DNA of 64,000 bases. Source: Callorhinchus milii. Lineage: Eukaryota. The position numbers and the translations under genes are program-made. Each line of letters starts with the position of its first letter. The first letter of the stretch is position 1. Positions 51,801 to 64,000 of the stretch are shown here, piece by piece. The stretch covers positions 115,570,001 to 115,634,000 of the forward strand of contig NW_024704742.1 of NCBI RefSeq assembly GCF_018977255.1. Direction: 5' to 3'. The notes beneath the pieces are model-generated. The model was not told where the DNA came from, did no database searches, and was given only the letters and a program-made list of their open reading frames with translations.

Positions 51801-52450
51801 TCAAAGCAAGGACATGCTGATAATCCTAAATCTTTTAACAATACTTATCAAGATTAATATTAGTCTGTTGTATGTTTAATGGAACAAATGCTCTGGAGTA
51901 AATGTTAATAAATAATAGTCTATTGATTTATCGACTTTCAAAATTAATAACTCACTGAAAGCTGAATCTACCTTCATCTCCTGGGCTCTCGTTCTTCTGC
52001 TACTTATTGCAGTTGTAAACAAATATCTGTTAGCCCCGCAAAGACATCAACAAAGCCATTATTGCTAGCAGTGTGTGAAGAGTAGTTCTGAAGACTTCCA
52101 CAAACTGAAAGCTCTGAGACAGAACGAGAAGGGACACTTTTGCTTGAGAATCATGCGTATGGAAAACAACTTTCTTCAAAGGAATGCTAACTGTGCATAT
52201 TTGATAAAAGGGTCACAATATGTATTACTGGTCTCACACTTTTTGCTTTTTAACTTCCTTTTTACACCACTAAATATATACAAATCATGCAAACTACTGG
52301 ATTGTAGCCAGATGCTATTTTTTTACCATTGAATTAAGGAAGAGTTTAAGCACTGAGGATAAACCGTGCCTGTTTTAAGAGCAAAAATCACAAGTATATT
52401 CATACTTTACATATCAACATTTAAACCCATGTTCTAACAGTGAAACTTAC

Positions 52451-52600
52451 CAGTGTCCTCCCTTAATGTCTACAGAGAGCTCTCTCCTCTGTACCTGCTC
52501 CTTGCAGCCTCTACCCAGATTTGATTAAAAAAGGAACTAACTGTGACAGAGTTTGAAGCTACAGAAGAAGGAACAGGAACAAAATCACTTCGTTCTCTTT
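52451..52600 (-). other. ZNF366: Candidate non-coding first exon of ZNF366 (5' end approximate)
   Basis: Perfect donor CTG|GTAAGT (intron starts 52450) in repeat-free sequence, next to an ETS-motif cluster. The first coding exon has a pyrimidine tract and AG just upstream of its ATG (about 41297), which implies an upstream exon. Confidence 0.5.
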
Positions 52601-52760
52601 TTTTTCAGATGAGTACCTTCGGAAAAAAAGGAAGGAAGGGAGGGGAGAGGAAGCCAACAGCCCTTTGACTTCCTGCAAAAAAATAAGGAAACTCCAGATA
52701 ATCATCTTTCTCTGAGAAAAAAAGAGATTCATATGGAAACAACAAAAAAGGAAATTAGAT
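52520..52760. promoter_or_regulatory. Candidate ZNF366 promoter with ETS/PU.1-type motifs
   Basis: AAAAAGGAACT (about 52527), CACTTCGTTCTCTTT (52586), AAGGAAGGAAG (about 52628), GACTTCCTGC (52668), AATAAGGAAAC (about 52682) and AAAAGGAAAT (about 52747) all fall within about 230 bp. Confidence 0.4.
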
Positions 52761-53516
52761 AGAGGTTTGTGCCTTCATTCCCAGCCTGGACTGGGGCACT
52801 GGTTACATACAGGAATGCAGTACTTATGGAGAAGATAAGCCTTTTTTAAGCACAATCCATCAATTGTCTGTGGGCAATAAAAGCTTTTCATTGCTTATCG
52901 TAATCAAATTATTATTAGAATGCATTCCTTGTAAGTTTTGTTTCATATCTGTAACTGAAGTCCTTTACCAATATAATCTAAATTAATTTTATTTATTGCT
53001 AAACCCTTCTAGCAGTACCTCATGAATAGAATTTTATGAAAATAAAATGACTAATGTTTAACTTTTGCACACATTTAAACTGATGGATTCTGATCAATTT
53101 TTATGCTTACAATAAACTGCTCTTGTAGCTGCAAAAGTTTACAACAGAGAGAAGTGATCAACGGCGAGTATTTCTACAATAACTAGCTGGAAACTAATGA
53201 AAGACATTTTATTACCTACAGCTCAATCTTAGAAAGAATGTGCATTTGAGAGGAGATAAACAGATTACCGAAAAATAGACCACTAGTGATGCGGATACTG
53301 TGACTGTGGAATAGCCATGGCTCATGCGAGTTATGTTGCTCAAATTTATTCCACGATTTATTTTCCAAAATCTTCTTCTTTCATTATTTATCCCAGTCCT
53401 CGCTAACTCCATTGGCTCCCTATTTCCCAGTGAATTGTTTTCAAGGTCCTCACCCTCACCTATAAATCCCCTCTCGGCCTAGTACCTCCTTATCTTTTTG
53501 CATTTATATATATCTA

Positions 53517-53765
53517 ATAATAATCCTTGCATTTGATATAGCAGCTTATCATGTCTTCAAGACATCTCAAAATCCTTCACAGAATATACTGTAAAGTGAA
53601 TTGACTGTTTTTTTGTGGGTGAAACGCGGCAGCCAATTGCGCACAGCAGTATCCCACACACAGTCGTGGATTGAAGGGACCAATTTTTTTTTTGAAGGAA
53701 TTATTACCTCCGGAAAAATGATCTGCCAATTGACTAACAACCGGGTTCCTAATTACTGCTAGTAA
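53517..53765 (-). mobile_element. SINE, long subfamily, 5'-truncated
   Basis: Family 3' body and tail. Confidence 0.8.
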
Positions 53766-55369
53766 TAAATGTCTTTGTTGTACACTCTGAAACCTAATGT
53801 TATTTCTCAGCTGCATTAAAGCTGTTTTATCTGTCTTTAGCTTTTGATCTCTTTGTTCACTGTTGATATCAATCTGTGTTGAAGTATTTTATATTTTTTC
53901 ACATTTCTCTGCTTGGGTCTTGGTGCATCACATACCATACCTTGGCAGGAAAGGTGGGCTGGTGGCCCTCTTTTCAAAAATGGCTGACCTTTGCTGGTAA
54001 CAACTTCAGTGCTATTATATCCCAGGGCAAAGCATGTTGCAGCACTAATGCCCTGCTTTACGGCGCTTACTCACTCTCGGCATCCAAACTATTGCCTTCA
54101 GCACCTTTACCACACCTACAGCATTTTCCTCTTTCCAGCATCATTGTTCTTACTGCATTGTTCAGATTCATTTGTCTCATGGAATAGAGTTGGGACCCCT
54201 GATTCATAATGGGGAAGAATATAAACTTTAAAAACATTTTAAAAAATCCCATCACTCTATTAAGGATTCCCTACTATCTCCTGAAGAAAATTCTGAAGTC
54301 CTTATTCTCCTTTTCTCCATAGATATCACATAAAATTCCAGAAATTTTTCCAACTTTACATCTTGACCTGTTGCCTTGACCTCAGAAACCATTGTGTTCC
54401 ACAACAGCATTCCAGCATCTTTATGTTCGCTTTGTGCACTTATCCCTCCAATCCTCAATCTCATTCCAACCATTTGTGTTTGTGGGTCATTGCTGTGTGC
54501 AAATTCGCTGTTGTGTTTGCCACAAAATAGTTTACAGCATATCCTGTAAAGCACTTTGAGATATCCTCCCAAAGTGAAATGCGCCCTATTAAAGGCAAGG
54601 ATTATTATTATTATCTTTCATACAACTTCTTTTAAAAATTCTTAAATAGCAAAACATTAGCTGCTTCATCTGATACCAAGATGATCCTTACATTTGATAA
54701 TATACCTCATCAGCTCAAAATGTCTGAAAGCACTTCTCAGAGTTTTCTGTAAAATGTAGTGGCTGTGTGTTTGTTGGCAAATGCAGTAACCATACAGCTG
54801 TGAAGTGAACGATCAATTCTATAATCTGGGGGAATTGTTGGCTGGGAGATCAAAAGAAACTTCTTTACCAAATAATGCCATAGGATCTTTAATGCCAATT
54901 GGGACAGGCAAACGGGACACCAAAGAATAAAAAATCTCCAACAATACAGCACTGACATTGGAGTGCCAACCCAGAACCAGGGTCTCCAGCCAGTTGAATG
55001 TCGCTAAGTAGCACTCTTGAGCATGTTCAAAAAGACAAGAGAAAGGAGTGGTAGAATTGCGTAAATATTCAGTCCAGTTGAAAACGAAGCCAGATGCACA
55101 AAGTATTTCATGAATCTGGAAATAAAAATAAAAACGTTTTTGTTTAAACTGTGGTAAATATTGTTTCTTCTTCTTGATTTTTGTTGAGCATGCACAAGAT
55201 GCCACCTAGTAGCAATCGACCTCAGGCCTAGACTACGAGCTCAAAGTCCTGATGCGGAGTTTCCTAACCTACAACTTTCTGATTCAGAGACAAGAATGCT
55301 ACCACTGAGGCAAGCTGACACTGATTACCTATTTCACACATTAATGACTCTGTGTGTGTGAGAAAAGGA

Positions 55370-55630
55370 ATAAATACAATACAAAATTACATTTGTAAAG
55401 CGCCTTTCACATTTGGAGGACATCACAAGGTGCTGAACAGTCAGGGATTAGTACCCGGTGGTGGGGGTGGGGGGTGGGGGGTTGGGATCAGGGAGGGTGG
55501 AGCGCGGGGAGGGTGGGCGTAGGAGAGTGGCCGAAGGCACAGTCGAAGAGGAGGGTCTTGAAGCGTGCCTTGAAGGAGCCAATGGAAGGAGCAAGGCGAA
55601 GGGAACATGGGATGGAGTTCCAGAGGGTGG
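55370..55630 (-). mobile_element. L2 3' fragment
   Basis: Matches the 3' UTR and tail of the other L2 copies. Confidence 0.75.
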
Positions 55631-58517
55631 AATAATTCCAAATACATAAGAACAAGACAGTAAAATTCTCCAGATTATCTTCGGCATTTTTTCAATAAAT
55701 AGTCTCCTACTCACTGATTTTGCTTAATGCTGAATTTGTGGTGGGATTTGCTGAGTGCAGCTAATCTTTCAACATGTATTTTTAATGGGGAATCTGATTA
55801 TTAGAATACAATACTTCACAAAAGAGGCAGAATAAATCCTGTAATCTTCAAGATCAGACAGTTTATAGTCGTATAATAAAGAATAATTTGCCATCCACTG
55901 GAGTTAATAGGATAAATTTTGCATTTATTTGCTTGTGATTCTTAAAAAGGTACTGTCTAACCTCCTAGAATGGGGCAGTGAGGGGTGGGGGGGAGGGGGG
56001 AGGCGAGTGTGAGGAGCGGACAAGCCAAAGCCCTAATGGATAGGATAGTCCTAGCTGGACTATCCTCGTTTGGGAAGTTTGCCAGACACTACTTTCAATG
56101 GCAAGCTATGTCGGGTTTACAATAACAATATCAACAAATTACATTTGAATGGCCTTTCATATCGGAAGGATGCCCCTAAGGCACTGGACAGTCAAGAGTT
56201 TGCACCTGAGCTGGGTGTGGGTTTGGGGGGCAAGATGACCGAATGTGCTCTCAAAGAAGAGGTCCATTTTGAGATGGACCTTAAAGGAGGCAAGGAAAGG
56301 GACTCCGGGTTGAAGTTATAATAAATAATAATAATCCTTACATTTGATGTAGCGCCTTATCACATTTTCGAGACGTCTCAAAGCGCTTCACAGAATATAC
56401 TGTAAAGTGAATTGACTTTATATTTTGTGGGTGAAAATGGAGTTCCAGAGAATGGAGGCAGAGCAGTGATCCTGGAATCAAGGGTGGGGACAAGACATAG
56501 AATTGAGTTTCGCTGATTAACCTTCAGCAGTACCCAACCCTGGGGTCTTACTGTGTCTAATATTCTCTGGGATTAGGTAAACAGTGTGTGCCTTTCCAGG
56601 GAGAGAGTGAACATTAATTCTATTCAGTGTGCGGAACTCTGAATCTAGTTTCCATATGTTAGGCATAGTTTCAGACAAAAAATAAAAACTTCTATTTAAA
56701 ATTAATTTCCCTTCATATTCAGCACTATTATCCATTGGAGAATACGGACAGGAAGTCTGATTGCAGGACCTCGCTTCTTTGAGAGTGACTGCTAGGAAGT
56801 GTGTGAGACTGGCCTGTGATGATTCACCTGTTCACCTTCCCTCCCTCTTAGTGGGAAATGCTTAATCTCAGTTTGGCAGCACCAATAATGTCGCAGCCAA
56901 AATCCAGAACTTGGGCTTGGAATTGTGCCTGACAACTGTACATTGGCACAATGACCATCTGTGCCAAGTATTTAGTAATTTATCTTTTTTACTATTTCCC
57001 CCATTGGAAAGTTGTTTTCTCTTTGAGTTTAGGTCACCCAAATAATGCACCGTTCCCTATCCAAGTTGGCAAGTTGATCTTCCCCCACTTCCTTTTTTTA
57101 GTGGTGCAAAATCACCAGGGTCCATCTGCCAACACATAATTTAATAGATACATAGAGTGATTCAACACAGAAATAGGCCATTTGGCCCAACTATACTGGC
57201 TCCCACCCTCTCTTACACCTCTCTATTCTCTATTGAAGTACAAGACAGCATCAACAAGATCGGTCAGGTCACATTACCGAAGCGGAGTGGAAAACCTGAA
57301 TTTTACTTACTCCTCCTCCTTATTGTTCATCTTTGAGCTGAGTAAAGCTCTGTACCCAGAGGTCCCCAATCCGGTGTTGTATTTTCAACATAAAGAGTCT
57401 GCTATGCGCAAGAACATTTGAAGGACCACTTAGGAGTGGAGGTGAAATCAATTTGAATTTGCTGCATTTATTCTGAAATCGATGTGTTGACAAACACATT
57501 ACAACAAGGTAATGATTGCACCCAGGCTCCAAGACAATTTATTTTTGAGGTGTTTTGCTTAACTGAGATTCATACTGCGTTTCTTCACAACATGAAAAGT
57601 GGATCGTAAACATAGTACAAAAAGTGGAATCTAAACATATGTTAAATGTTTAGAAGGAGGTGGCAGGGAACTGTTCTTACATGGTGCCGGAGAAACCTAT
57701 ATCATCAAAAATTCCTCAGCATTACAAGCTCCACTCATTGCGATGCTACTACTTAGCATCACCACATTATGAATACGCACACAAATATTTACAGACATGG
57801 TTCTCTGAAGCGACTCATGAGGATTCTTTTCATCGCTAAGCCAGGTCAATTCATCCATTTAAATCATTCAGTTATTGTGCTGAACCGAATCTATATGCAA
57901 CAAACATATGATGAAAGGTTCCAATTACTTATGCTTTGCTTGGAGCACATCCTAGTCTCTCGCTGTCTGGAGCTGTTTTTATGGAGGCGTCTCAGCATTT
58001 TTCTGCTTCGTGCATTTGTTTCAAGCAAGTTGTCTTCAAGGCTGTTCTTTTTGATTTGTTTGAGCAAACCCTGCATGCAATCCACTTTCCTGCTATTGTT
58101 GGCAGCAGAGACACTTCATTGTCGGGTTGTCTGACAATGCTTCTTGCCAATACATAGAGTAACAGTTACAATGAAACAGTCAAGGTGAATTTATAATAAG
58201 GGAGCAAGTATTCCAGGTATTTGCTCTATCAGGCTCTGCTATTTGAGACCTTGGGTTTATGAATATTGAAAGTTTGAAAGTGATATCTTTCTCGATGGTC
58301 CTTTTTTTCCAGATTTATCATTTTGGAGGATTAACAATTTCACGCAGTTTGAACCTTGCAAATGAAACAGGTTTTGTTATTGGCAAACCAAATTCACAAT
58401 CAGTGCAATGAAGCCATTCTGGGAATATCGCAAAGTAGACCCCAAATATACCACTACCATGTTTGGTACACTACAATGCAAAGATCAGATATGCTCTATA
58501 TCTAATATTGTGATTGA

Positions 58518-58820
58518 TTCACGGCAGTGCAAAACGTTAGGCAGGTTTCCTTAATCTACACCTAGCAATAAGTAGGAACCAGTTGTTAGTTGATTGGCAG
58601 ATTGCTTTGCTGGGGGTAATAATCGCTTCGAGAAAAAAACAAGAATAATTTTGTCACTCAATCCACGACTGTTTGTGAGACACTGCTGTGCGCAATTGAC
58701 TGCCGCGTTTTGCCCACAAAATATACAGTCAATTCACTTTACAGCATATTCTGTGAAGTGCTTTGAGACTTCTCGAAGATGTGATAAGGCGCTATATCAA
58801 ATGCAAGGATTATTATTATT
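58518..58820 (+). mobile_element. SINE, long subfamily, 5'-truncated
   Basis: Family body and (TAT)n tail. Confidence 0.8.
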
Positions 58821-58840
58821 ACAGTAATGTCCCTAGCTCA

Positions 58841-60497
58841 ACATAGAATCACAGAATCATAGAATTGTACAGCACAAAAAGAGGCTATTCGGCCTATCGA
58901 GTCTGTGCCGGCTCTTTGAAAAGAGCAATGTAATGTCAGTTCCACTTCCCAGCCCTTTCCCCATAAACCCTGTAAACCCGACCTCCTCAAATACCTGTCC
59001 ACCGCGTTTTTAAAAGTAGTTATCAAATCGGCCTCGACCACCCTTTCAGGTAATGCGTTCCAGATTCGAACAACTCGCTGCGTGAAAAAAAAAATTCTCA
59101 CCTCCCCTCTGCTTCTTTTAGAGACTATTTTGATTCTGTGACCTCGAGTCACCGACACACCCACCAGTGGAAACAGTTTTTCCCTTTCTAACCTATCAAA
59201 TCCCCTCATGATTTTGAAGACCTCTATTAGGTCTCCTCGTAACCTTCTCTGCTCCAATGAGAATAATCCCAGCCTCTCTAGCCTTTCCTCATAATCAAGG
59301 TCCCTCATTCCTGGTACCATCCTCGTAAATCTCCTCTGCACCCTTTCCAATGCCTTAACATCCTTCCTATAGTGTGGTGCCCAGAAATGGGCGCAATATT
59401 CTAACTGAGGCCTAACCAGTGTTTTATATAGGTTAATCATAACCTCCTGACTCTTGTACTCTATGCCCCTATTTATAAAGCCTAGAATCCTATATGCCCC
59501 TTTTACAGCTTTATCTACCTGTTCTGCCACCTTCAAGGATTAATTTACCTGAACCCCCAGGTCACTCTGTTCTTTCACCCCCCTTAAGATTGTATTACCT
59601 ATCCTATATTGCCTCCCCTCATTCTTTCTACCAAAATGCATTACCTCGCATTTCTCTACATTGAAATTCATCTGCCATGTGTCTGCCCATTTTACCATTC
59701 TGTCTATGTCTTCCTACAGTTGGCTACTATCCTTCTCACTGTTTACCACCCTACCTAACTTTGTGTCGTCCACAAACTTGGAAATGGTACTTGCTACAAC
59801 AACACAACAACAAGATTCCATTTATAGAGCGCCTTTCACGTCGGGAGGACGTCCCAAGGCGCTGTACAGTTGGGTTAGGACCCGAGCAGGGGGGAAATGG
59901 TCAGGATGAGGGGAGGGAAGGGAGGGAGCGAGGAGGGGGTAGAGAGTCGAGAGGGGAGCTGAAGGCATGGTCAAAGAGAAAGGTCTTGAGACTGGCCTTG
60001 AAGGAGGAAAGGGAGGTGGAAAGGCGAAGGCACTGGGGGATAGAGTTCCAGAGCCTAGGGGCTGAGAGGCTGAAGGCCCAGCCACCGACGGTAGGGCGGT
60101 TGGGGCGAAGGATGTGGAGCAGACCGGAGCCAGAGGAACGGAGGGTACGGGCAGGTAGGTTGGGGGATAGTAGGTCAGAGAGATAGGAGGGAGCAAGGCC
60201 GTGAATGGCCTTGTAGGTGAGCATGAGGATCTTGAATTCTTGGGTATTGCTATACCCAAGTCCAGATCATTTATGTATATTAAGAAGAGCAGTGGTCCTA
60301 AACCCGATCCTTGGGGTCGCCACTGTACACTTCCCTCCAGTCAGAAAAGCAGCTGTTCACCACAACTCTCTACTTTCTGTCTCCCAGCCAGTTCTGGATC
60401 CATGCTTTTATACCATGGGCTTCTATCTTTCTTACAAGTCTTTCATGTGGCACTTTGTCAAATGCCTTTTGAAAGTCCATATAAACGACATCAATTG
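58841..60497 (-). mobile_element. CR1 LINE 3' portion, interrupted by an L2 copy
   Basis: The 232-aa ORF contains LYKTLVRPQLEYCAHFWAPHYRKDVKALERVQRRFTRMVPGM...RLRGDLIEVFKIM. The tail is (TTCTATGA)n-like. RT sequence resumes at about 60240. Confidence 0.9.
59796..60239 (-). mobile_element. Young L2 3' fragment nested in the CR1
   Basis: Nearly identical to the reverse complement of 10100-10546. Confidence 0.9.
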
Positions 60498-62552
60498 CAA
60501 TGTAGGGAAGCAAGCACAATGTTCCCAAATCATCTCTTTTTGTACACTTCTTCTTTTGGGTGAATATTTATAATAATAATCCTTCCATTTGATATTTTCA
60601 TGTTAGGAGGAGTGCTTTACAGCACTGACTGTAGGTGACTGTGCATTTTTGTAGGTGAATATCTGTGCTCATCAATGCCAGGATGAGAAAACTGAGAAGT
60701 GAAACACTTTTCCATTTCATCTATTCAAAAGTTAACGTTAAGCACTCCCAGGTACCAATAGGTTAGCTGCAGAGTAAAGCCCCTCCACTCTGCTCCTATA
60801 ATGTGTACTAGCCAGTATCTCTTAAAGCATCCATAAGAATGTAAGGAAGCAACAGTGAATTAATCCATCAAGCCCAGTCCACTCACAGCCATATAAAACC
60901 TACTTTAATCATGGACTTAATCTATCTCCACATCTATTCAATCCAAATATAGACTCCTTCCTGTCACAGACAGGCAACGTTTTACCCCTTCCTCTCTCCA
61001 CTCACTCCAAGGCCGTTGCAGCAGAGAAATCATTGAGTCCCAAAGAGCATTTATAATTTCAGTCTGCACCTAATCCTATATGCACCAATATTTGTTCTCA
61101 AACAGATACCTATCTAATTATTTTATGAAGAAGCTAATCAACCAGCATCAGCTGCTTTCGTTGAGAGTTTGTTCCAAATATCCAAGGGGAACAATCTTCT
61201 AATCTCTAATCATGCTTAAAGATTTTAATTTTAAACCTATGCTGTCTTGATTTATTCTCTCATTCTATGTCAAATAGTCCTCTTAGGTTAACCTCATTAT
61301 TCCTCTCAGCATTTTAAAGCATTGAATCATCTCCCCTCAATCTTATTATTCCTAATACGAGTAAATTCAGCTCTGTGATCATCTCCTTACAGCCTAGAGC
61401 TCTAAGCTCTCAGAATCATCCTTGCTGCTCTTCTCTGAAACATCTACAATTGATTCAATGTCCTTTTCAAGCCAGGGAACTCAAAACAGCCTAAAAATGG
61501 CTCTTAGGTAAATCTCCGCAAGATTGAGATACGTTACACTGACTATTTCTTGCTGCTCTCAGACACACTGATCAGTTGTATGTGAATTTGCCTGAATAAA
61601 TGTACAATATGGGTTATCCAATTCTTAACATGTTGCAGAAGCATCAGCAACTTATCTTTCTGATTGCATTATTGCTAAAGAATAATGATTACCCAACTAA
61701 TTTTGCAATCGCAAAAGAATGAACAATTTTCATATTTACTGATACTATGGAAACCATAAGTGACAATAAATTAATTCAAGGTAACGTGGGGACCTCTAGT
61801 GTTTGCTGTGCTACACAGTGTTGCAACAATGCTACCCCTGTCTGTGACCATAATAATTACAGGGCCTATAAATACAGTAGGAAAGCAAATGCTGAAAAAA
61901 TGCAATATGCAGTATGAACCAGGCTATTTTCTTAGCATTTGAGTGAATAGAATGGATGAATTCTTAAACACTGAATTAATTTTCTTTTAAGAAAATAGAA
62001 TAAATCTGGACCCAGGTGGAATTTCTCTCCCATTGTGCTTTGACTCTATATAAGAATTGCAGTTCAGCTTCGAGATCTTATACAGAAACTGGTGATGTGG
62101 GGACAGGGTCTGGGGTGAATAAAGAGAGTCTACACTCACTGCTCAGATATGAATTCAAATTCTGTCTAGACACGTGAACCGGGATAGTCTTTTCTCTATA
62201 CCCTTTCAGTAGAGGGGGGAGAGTTTCATACCAATGACTATAAGACAGATTGACCATAAATCCCCGATTTTCAGGGCTAGTCCTGGGATGACTTGTTGTG
62301 TCCCTGACCAAATTTGCCCCGTCTTGAGTTCAGCAATAAACTGAGTAAGAATAATAAATCCTAAAACAGATACACTCATCAGAGAATTAAGTCATTAATC
62401 CAACAAGCTTCTCCAGTATTGCCAGCATCAGGAATTGTGGTGAGTTCAATTTATTTTATGTGTGTTTCCGGATTTGGTTTACAAAATATGGTCACCCTTC
62501 CTACCTAATGGTCTGTTTCTGTGCAGTATCACTATATCTAACTACCGTATAT

Positions 62553-62875
62553 GTAATAATAATAATAATTCTGGCATTTGATATAGCACCTTATTACGTC
62601 TGCGAGAGGTCTCAAAGCGCTTCCTACAATATAATGTAAAGTGAATTGGCTGCATATTATCTGGGCGCACACGGCAGCCAATTGTGCACTGCAGTGTCCC
62701 TTAAACAGTCATAGATTGAGTGATCAATTTTTTTTTGAAGGGATTATTACCCATGGAAAAGCAATCCGCCAATCGACTATCAACAAGGTTTCTACTTACT
62801 ACTAGGTAAACAGAGGTGTTGGAGTAAGGAAGCTTGCCCAACGCTTTGCCCTGCCCTGAATTCAAACCCAGGTCC
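62553..62875 (-). mobile_element. SINE, long subfamily, head truncated
   Basis: Family body on the minus strand, breaking off just beyond the B box. Confidence 0.8.
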
Positions 62876-62906
62876 TCTGCCATGTGTCTGCCCATTTTAC
62901 CATTCT

Positions 62907-63221
62907 ATAATAATAATAATAATCCTTGCATTTGTTATAGCGCTTTTCAATCTTCTAGATGTCCCAAAGCGCTTCACAGAATATACTGTAAAGTGAATTG
63001 ACTGTATATTTGTGGGCAAACGTGGCAGCCAATTGCACACAGTAATGTTCCACAAATAGTCGTAGATTGAAAATGACCAATTTATTATTGTTTTGTTTTG
63101 GAGGGATTATTATTAGGCGTGTGGAGTAAGGAAACTTGCCCAAGGTTTCGCCCTGCCTGGAATTGAACTCAGGTCTCTCACTTGCAAAGCGAGTGCTCTA
63201 ACCACTGAGCTACAGGACTCC
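62907..63221 (-). mobile_element. tRNA-derived SINE, short subfamily, full length
   Basis: The reverse complement begins GGAGTCCTGTAGCTCAGTGGTTAGAGCACTCGCTTTGCAAG. Confidence 0.88.
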
Positions 63222-64000
63222 AGATAGCAGCTTTCGTCTAAGTATATTAAAACCCTGTTATGTGGCAATAAGTGGGTCCATAAAATTCTAGCCAACCTTA
63301 AAATGGGATGCAATCAAGAACAGCCACCACAGCAACAGCATTGTACACACAAGCAGAAAGTCCACCAGCTTCCCACACTAACCAATGGCTGGCTTCCAGG
63401 TTATCAGGTCACAACCAACATCACTTCTCGTGTGCATGCTGTGCGCAAGAAGCTTCCTGCATGTGGATGACATACATGGGAAGTGATGTTAGCAGTGACG
63501 CAACAACCTAGAAATTGGACCTTTCTTAGCACATGGGTAGTCTGACAAAACCAATGGCAGATCTATAGGTCACCCACCTTATAAGAGAACTATTGTTATG
63601 ATGGGGTATCTTACAATGGGATTCTACTGTATTTTGTTTAGAAAAAAGTTGCAAACTTGTGAACTATAAATTGAATTACTCATCCAATACAGGTGATCGC
63701 ATGGAGAGCCATATCAGAAGGTACATTCAGGTACATTTCTAATCTAATACATTAGGAATTGCTAAGATTACACCCCAATATTGCGCAGTTATGCTGTTTG
63801 CAGTGAAAGCTAGAAGAAGAATGCATTGGAGGACAATGCTGACAAGGTCACTGTGCCTGCCACGCCCCATGTTAACAGCTTTTCTTTGCAGTTTGTTCCT
63901 ATAATGAAGAGTTAATCTGTGGCTCCTTTTGCTGTGTTGCCTTTGGGTTGCATAATAGCAGAGATGCAGAAGGGATTGTACTGGCTGTATTGGGAAATCA

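Noticed and set aside
57769..58157. Overlapping ORFs in non-repeat sequence
   Set aside because: No recognisable domain, and stop codons bound each frame.

Overview
Vertebrate genomic DNA. The repeat content (DeuSINE/SacSINE1-like, CR1, L2 and a young tRNA-derived SINE) points to a cartilaginous fish; this is inferred, not proven. One protein-coding gene is supported: ZNF366 (DC-SCRIPT) on the minus strand. Its four coding exons (41274-39982, 34280-34089, 28321-28147, 25105-24630) all have GT-AG junctions and join in frame to 2136 nt / 711 aa, with 11 C2H2 fingers and a PFDLS CtBP-binding motif. A candidate non-coding first exon and ETS-rich promoter lie near 52451-52760. The rest is densely filled with SINE, L2 and CR1 fragments, often nested. 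The most unusual structure is a 429-bp inverted copy (about 94% identical) of the gene's own zinc-finger 1-5 coding sequence at 41820-42248, about 0.5 kb upstream of the coding exon it came from. If exon 1 is where predicted, the copy is intronic and can fold back onto the exon in the pre-mRNA as a long duplex, with the splice acceptor and start codon in the loop. All alignments and counts were done by eye; repeat boundaries are approximate.
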